From Vampirovibrionaceae bacterium NZW_1234 (lineage in GTDB: Bacteria; Cyanobacteriota; Vampirovibrionia; Vampirovibrionales; JAGQHJ01), in contig JBGUGD010000016.1 of NCBI GenBank assembly GCA_041697335.1, positions 64,001 to 128,000 on the forward strand: DNA of 64,000 bases, in the 5' to 3' direction. The notes beneath the pieces were generated by a model that saw nothing but the letters and a program-made list of their open reading frames with translations, ran no database searches and had not been told where the DNA came from. Position numbers and translations under genes: made by a program. Position 1 is the first letter of the stretch, and every line of letters starts with the position of its first letter. Of the stretch, positions 58,964-64,000 are shown piece by piece.

Positions 58964-59407
58964 CTAATAAATCCAAAGTGGAAGACCTGTCACCTCGTCA
59001 TGCCCTCGAAACAGGGGATCATGGCCTGCAAGGGCATGAATCATAAATTCACAGGCGAATACCACCGCAGTGCCCTTGACCAAGTGACCGCCAAAACAAC
59101 CAAAATCCTGGCCAGACAAACTTAAATGCATATGGATAACCGGCTTATTCTCTTTTAACGATACATTGCCCGTTCCATTTAAAATTTCAAACTCCCCCTC
59201 AAAGGTTCGGGTCACATAGTTATGGGTCTGTTGATCGTAATACGCTAGATCCACCTTTGAGAGCGCCCCTAAAATATTAACCCACGCGGTTTTCACCTCA
59301 TTTTCGAGGCAAAACGTCTCGAGCGTATCGATAATATCCTTCCCATGATCAATGTTTCCCAGATATATCGCTTGTGAGCCAAAGGCTCGGACCACTTTAA
59401 CTCCCAT
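58964..59407 (-). CDS. PPC/DUF296 domain protein
   Basis: LGAL, FEILNGTGNV, H-x-H-x-SL and GGHL motifs; GAGGAGG RBS before ATG 59407. Confidence 0.88.
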   Translation of the reverse strand: MGVKVVRAFGSQAIYLGNIDHGKDIIDTLETFCLENEVKTAWVNILGALSKVDLAYYDQQTHNYVTRTFEGEFEILNGTGNVSLKENKPVIHMHLSLSGQDFGCFGGHLVKGTAVVFACEFMIHALAGHDPLFRGHDEVTGLPLWIY

Positions 59408-59544
59408 GAGGATAGCCTCCTCCCGTACTGCCATGTTCCGTTTTTCCCATTTTTCGATAGAATGAGAGAAAACGCAATTGCGCGAGGGCTTTGAGTTATA
59501 ATTCATGACCCTCTTACAGCAGGAAAAGCAAAGGAAGTATACCC

Positions 59545-60807
59545 ATGAGCATTGTTGTCCAAAAATTCGGTGGAACCTCGGTTGGGGATGTGGAGCGCAT
59601 TCGGCGGGTTGCCCGAATTATTGCCGACACCTACGATCAAGGCAATCAAGTTGCAGTCGTTATTTCCGCCATGGGACACACAACTGATGAACTGGTTAGC
59701 CTCGCTCAAGAGCTGGTCGAAACTCCCAGTGGCCGAGAATTCGATGCCTTGCTGATTACAGGAGAAATGGTCTCTGCGTCCCTTATGGCAATGACGCTCA
59801 ACAGTATGGGCTATAAAGCTGTTAGCCTGAATGGCCAACAAGCAGGGATTCATACGGAAGACCTGTATAACCGGGCCCGGATTTTAGAGATTGATACCGG
59901 TCGTGTACAATACCACCTGAACAATGGTGAAATTGTTATTGTTACTGGCTTTCAAGGCATCAATAGCAAGGGTGATTTTGCAACGTTAGGGCGTGGTGGT
60001 TCTGACACCTCTGCTGTCGCCCTGGCCGGTGCGCTTGGGGCTGAGCGGTGTGACATTTTTACGGATGTAAAAGGTGTCTATTCAACAGACCCCCGTATTG
60101 TTCCTGAGGCCGTTAAGCTTGACGGCATTACCTATATTGAAATGCTTGAATTAGCCAGAGTGGGAGCCCAAGTCCTTCACCCGAGAGCCGTAGAAACTGC
60201 CCGCCACGCTAACGTCCGGATTCGCGTCCGCAGTACATTCTACACCGATGATCTCGGAACCATGGTTAGCAATGAAACAGAAGCTGTAGAGCCCAATCAA
60301 CGTCCTGTTTCTGGTATTGCCTCCGATGAAAACCAAGCTCGAGTGGCTATTACTGGAGTTCCTGACCAGCCCGGTATTGCAGCCAAAATTTTCGGCAGCC
60401 TCGCCAGCCGGAATATCAGTGTGGACATGATTATCCAATCTCTGGATAAAGAAAACCGCAATGACATTGCCTTTACCGTAAGTGCTAACGATTTACCTGA
60501 CGCACTGGAAACCCTGGAGCAGGTTAAGGGCACTATTGAAGCGGAATCGGTTGTCCATGATACAGCTGTAGCAAAGGTCAGTATTGTTGGCATTGGCATG
60601 ATCGACCGTCCTGGGATCGCTGCCGATATGTTTGATGCCCTCTCACAAGCAGGCATTAACATTAAAATGATTGCTACCAGTGAAATTAAGATTAGCTGCC
60701 TAATAGAAAAAGATCAGGCAAAAGATGCTGTTCGCGCTATTCATCGGGTCTTCTTTTCGCCAGAAGAAGAGCCCACACTGGTTAGTGACCAAAAACTCGG
60801 CTACTAG
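59545..60807 (+). CDS. lysC: Aspartate kinase with two ACT domains
   Basis: VQKFGGTSV, TLGRGGSDTSA, DPRIV, VPDQPG and TSEIKIS motifs. Confidence 0.95.
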   Translation: MSIVVQKFGGTSVGDVERIRRVARIIADTYDQGNQVAVVISAMGHTTDELVSLAQELVETPSGREFDALLITGEMVSASLMAMTLNSMGYKAVSLNGQQAGIHTEDLYNRARILEIDTGRVQYHLNNGEIVIVTGFQGINSKGDFATLGRGGSDTSAVALAGALGAERCDIFTDVKGVYSTDPRIVPEAVKLDGITYIEMLELARVGAQVLHPRAVETARHANVRIRVRSTFYTDDLGTMVSNETEAVEPNQRPVSGIASDENQARVAITGVPDQPGIAAKIFGSLASRNISVDMIIQSLDKENRNDIAFTVSANDLPDALETLEQVKGTIEAESVVHDTAVAKVSIVGIGMIDRPGIAADMFDALSQAGINIKMIATSEIKISCLIEKDQAKDAVRAIHRVFFSPEEEPTLVSDQKLGY

Positions 60808-61016
60808 TGACCTTCGTTAAACCAGCGAACCCCAAGCCTACTTTTTGCCTTGGGGAGGTTTATCGCCAAAAACTATTCTCCCATTCGTGCTCTCAGACCT
60901 CCACTCATCCAAAGGGTGTAGATCCAAGGACCAATTTTTGTGGATCACAGGCGAAGTGAACTTCCCTTTCCTGTGAAAAACCGTATAATAAAAATTGAAA
61001 TTATACCCCTTCGATT

Positions 61017-61057
61017 GGCCGGACAAGAGCTTTTCTTCTCGTCCGGTTTCTTTTTTT
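61017..61057 (+). terminator. Intrinsic terminator in the lysC-pyrD intergenic region
   Basis: GGCCGGAC...GTCCGGTT stem followed by TCTTTTTTT. Confidence 0.75.
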
Positions 61058-61282
61058 GTTGTTCCTACTATCATAATCACGGTTGATATCGATCACATCC
61101 CTGTGTCAGATGAGTTTGAGCGCCATGGCCTCCCTCAAACACAGGACTCCGGTATTCATGCCAATTATTGAGCATTATCTCGATCCCATCCGTCTCGAGT
61201 TCTCTAGGACAACTCTTTGCGGAGTGCGTCCCAACTGATACAATGCCATAGGCATTGCATCGTCGTACCTAATGAGGCTTCT

Positions 61283-62407
61283 GTGCTGTATCGTTCGTTC
61301 ATCAGACCACTTTTATTCCAAGGCAACCCGGAAAGTATCCATGATGCGATGCAACGCATCGGCCAAGGCCTACAGAAATGGCCTGCGTCCATGGCATTGC
61401 TCAATCAATGCTATGCGCCCCAGCTTACGTCGCGTTTAGCACAATCGTTTTTTGGGGCCGCTTTTCACCACCCTTTGGGTCTGGCAGCAGGTTTTGACAA
61501 GCATATTACCTTACTCCCCACGATTCGAGCTTTAGGGATGGCTTATGCCGAAGTCGGATCTATTTCCGCTCGCTCTTGGCAAGGGAACCCAAAACCACGA
61601 GTCTTTCGCTTGCCACAGGATAAGGCGATTATCAACAGAATGGGCCTTAACAACCCTGGGGTACTTGCCCTTTTACCCCGCATTAAATCGTTCCCCTCGG
61701 ACTGGCCTGTCGGAATCAGCCTGGTTAAAACCCCAGACCCCTCCATTTTAGAGCAGGACGCTATTGAAGATTATGCAGATGTGCTTCGTGGCGTCTATGG
61801 CTATGGAACGTACATTAGCCTCAACATAAGTTGCCCCAATACTGAAGAAGGAAAAACCTTTGAGGACCCTGAGGCATTAGATGCACTTTTAACTCAACTT
61901 CGAATCGTTGAAGCCCATTGTGAAGCCGAATTACAAATTCCTCCACGACCATGGTTACTAAAAGTGTCACCTGACCTGGATCCCAACCTGGTTGATACAC
62001 TTTTTGATATTGGTATCAAGCACCAGGTCGCCGGCTGGATCGCCACCAACACCACCAGTCAACGCCCCAGCACCCTAAAAACTTCCCCCAGCTATATACA
62101 GGCGATTGGTCGGGGCGGCTTAAGCGGCTTACCTCTCCAAGAGGCTTCCACACGGCTTCTCGGCCAACTCTATCAGAGAAGCCAACACGTCCAACACCCT
62201 CAAGTTTTAATCGGTGTCGGTGGCATTCATGACACGGAGAGCGCCTGGGACAAAATCATTCATGGCGCAAACCTGCTACAACTTTATACTGGCTTAATCT
62301 ATGAAGGCCCCGGCGTCATCCGACGCATCGTCCAGGGCTTGGAAAAAAAGCTGGATGAAAACCAATTGCCCCATATTCATGCCGCGGTTGGTCTGGCTTA
62401 CCGATAA
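61283..62407 (+). CDS. pyrD: Quinone-dependent dihydroorotate dehydrogenase (class 2)
   Basis: GLAAGFDK, GNPKPRVFR, INRMG, NISCPNT, KVSPD, TNTT and GGLSG motifs; GTG start after GAGG. Confidence 0.93.
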   Translation: MLYRSFIRPLLFQGNPESIHDAMQRIGQGLQKWPASMALLNQCYAPQLTSRLAQSFFGAAFHHPLGLAAGFDKHITLLPTIRALGMAYAEVGSISARSWQGNPKPRVFRLPQDKAIINRMGLNNPGVLALLPRIKSFPSDWPVGISLVKTPDPSILEQDAIEDYADVLRGVYGYGTYISLNISCPNTEEGKTFEDPEALDALLTQLRIVEAHCEAELQIPPRPWLLKVSPDLDPNLVDTLFDIGIKHQVAGWIATNTTSQRPSTLKTSPSYIQAIGRGGLSGLPLQEASTRLLGQLYQRSQHVQHPQVLIGVGGIHDTESAWDKIIHGANLLQLYTGLIYEGPGVIRRIVQGLEKKLDENQLPHIHAAVGLAYR

Positions 62408-62437
62408 ACAACATCCTATATCATTCACAAGGCAAGT

Positions 62438-63478
62438 CTAGATTAGCGACATCAAGAGCATCAGGAGCATCGAGCCAACGCTACCCGTCATCGCCCCTCG
62501 GGGCGACATGTAGCCACCACCATAATACCGCTGAGTGCCTAATCCAAAACTCCCTCCCATTGGACCACTACCATAATAGCCACCGCCTGGGCCGATATTG
62601 GAATAGGCCGATTGATCCCGGCGCGAGGTCTGAGTGCTCGCCACGCTGACGATGCGATAAAACCGATCATCAGGCGACATTTCTGGGGCCGTGGCTTTAA
62701 ACACTTTTTGCTCAAGCCGCCCTAATCTTGCGTCCACAGAGTCATTTGGGAATGTTTGACGAAGCAATCGTTGTTCCACCTGCGGTAATGCCTGTAATAC
62801 GTCATTTGATACTGTTTGAGATCCACCAAGACCGGATGGCGTACCACTTTGAGAGGAAGTCCCCTGACTTGGATCTTCATAACCATTACCCACATCGCCC
62901 AGAACCATCATTCGAAGCTGATCGGTTCTTTCCTGCAACGTCCCCCCTTGTGGGCGTCCCATCACACGGGCCTCCAAACGGGCCAAGCGATTCTCAACGG
63001 CTTCTTTTTCAAAAGCCTGTTGAAAGACCCGCTGTTCCATGGCTGTCACCGCTGGATACTGACTCTCATTTAGAGCAGGTACACTAGGACCAGGAGTCGA
63101 AGTAGACAATGGCGCAGGATTGTTTTGCTGAGCCAACGCCCCATTACTTAGCACCCCTGCCGGTGGTGCCCCTGAGATTGGTGCCACCGAAGCCTTAAAA
63201 AAGCTTTGTAACGACTTCAAGCGATTTTCTTGGACCTGAGCACTCTGCTTAGCCCCAAACACGGTGGACTCTATACGATTCAAACGCTCTTCCGAGGTTT
63301 CCCCCTGATACATATGCCCAAACAACTGCTGTTCCATCTTGTCCAACTGTTGCTCAACAGATAATTGGCTCAGAGTAGGGCTATTGGCCTTTGCTACGTC
63401 ACAAATCAGCCATACACCCACACACAAAAAAACGCTAAGAACCACACGGAGAATTCGGTGAAACACATATTGGTTCAT
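62438..63478 (-). CDS. Exported protein with three E-x-x-[LV]F...RL-x-R[LI]E repeats and a Gly-rich hydrophobic C-terminus
   Basis: Signal peptide ending AKA; three similar units of about 50 aa. Confidence 0.75.
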   Translation of the reverse strand: MNQYVFHRILRVVLSVFLCVGVWLICDVAKANSPTLSQLSVEQQLDKMEQQLFGHMYQGETSEERLNRIESTVFGAKQSAQVQENRLKSLQSFFKASVAPISGAPPAGVLSNGALAQQNNPAPLSTSTPGPSVPALNESQYPAVTAMEQRVFQQAFEKEAVENRLARLEARVMGRPQGGTLQERTDQLRMMVLGDVGNGYEDPSQGTSSQSGTPSGLGGSQTVSNDVLQALPQVEQRLLRQTFPNDSVDARLGRLEQKVFKATAPEMSPDDRFYRIVSVASTQTSRRDQSAYSNIGPGGGYYGSGPMGGSFGLGTQRYYGGGYMSPRGAMTGSVGSMLLMLLMSLI

Positions 63479-63738
63479 CGTCACGATAGGCACCCCTGCA
63501 ATTGGTTGGCTATTGTCATTTTAGCTCGTCTTGAATGGCTTTCCTAGCCTTCTGGTTCAAACAAAGCAATAATCTTAATGACGAGATGGGTTTCTAAAAG
63601 TTCAAAACCTGCTTAGAATAGTAGAGTGTATCGTTTTATCTGCACAGACTACAGCCGTTTAGTTTAACAAGGATTAAATTTTATTGCAGATCGGAACCAT
63701 GATCCTGTGTTGTTTATCGGAGTTGTGAATACCCTGTG

Positions 63739-64000
63739 ATGGCCCCAAAACCTCAATCCCTCACTGGAAAATACCAAATCAACCGTAACACGTTCATTAC
63801 GTGTATGCTGGATATTGTTTCGGCTACAGCTGAACAGGTTCAATTACGTGTGGGTATCCATAAATCTGGAGATACAAACGTCCCCAAAGGGACGCCAGTG
63901 TATCTGCCCACTCAAGTCCATACAGCCACTTCTGAGACAGAGTTTGAAACCTTAAGTGTCATTGTGACCCATATCGATGACGATGGGCTTCATACATGCT
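63739..64000 (+). CDS. Hypothetical protein, truncated by the window edge (absent from the ORF track)
   Basis: ATG 63739 is open to the end of the window: MAPKPQSLTGKYQINRNTFITCMLDIV... Confidence 0.55.
   Translation, partial: MAPKPQSLTGKYQINRNTFITCMLDIVSATAEQVQLRVGIHKSGDTNVPKGTPVYLPTQVHTATSETEFETLSVIVTHIDDDGLHTC

Noticed and set aside
60255..60300. Possible internal start for an aspartokinase beta subunit
   Set aside because: There is no convincing RBS before the candidate in-frame ATG.
1398..63547. Numerous short antisense or overlapping ORFs in the track (e.g. 3452..4126, 14532..15197, 18125..18661, 24742..25266, 57868..58341)
   Set aside because: They lie opposite or within well-supported genes and have no recognisable motifs or RBS support.
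1..64000. CRISPR arrays, tRNA/rRNA genes, transposases, integrases, prophage genes
   Set aside because: None were recognised by eye: no regularly spaced repeats, tRNA T-loop signatures or mobility motifs. tRNAscan/CRISPR finders were not run.

Overview
Gene-dense bacterial chromosomal segment with no rRNA, tRNA, CRISPR array or recognisable mobile element. Cyanobacteria-like core genes, a flagellar sigma factor, a 2-oxoacid:ferredoxin oxidoreductase and lineage-type repeat proteins suggest a non-photosynthetic Cyanobacteriota member (Vampirovibrionia/Melainabacteria-like); this is inference, not a search result. Housekeeping blocks are GH15-otsA-otsB, prs, yceD-rpmF-plsX-fabH-fabD-fabG-acpP-fabF, mgtE, a 2-oxoacid:ferredoxin oxidoreductase alpha/beta pair, prmA-rsmE-tRNA nucleotidyltransferase, dapL-murT, folE2, comEC, oppBC, asnB-flippase, glnA, aspartokinase and pyrD. 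Orphan genes are interspersed among them. The best candidates for new biology are: (1) a recurring N-terminal xFG / D-x-V-x-[FL]-S leader on unrelated enzymes and orphans, possibly an export signal; (2) a triple-FHA plus HExxH metallopeptidase-like protein divergent from a leader-bearing Mesh1-like HD hydrolase; (3) a tightly coupled fliA-orphan-orphan-histidine kinase-REC/anti-sigma-kinase locus; (4) an unassigned multi-stem RNA with terminator/antiterminator upstream of pyrD, and a structured mgtE leader. Start codons were refined by eye using RBS context, and all family calls come from motif recognition without database searches.
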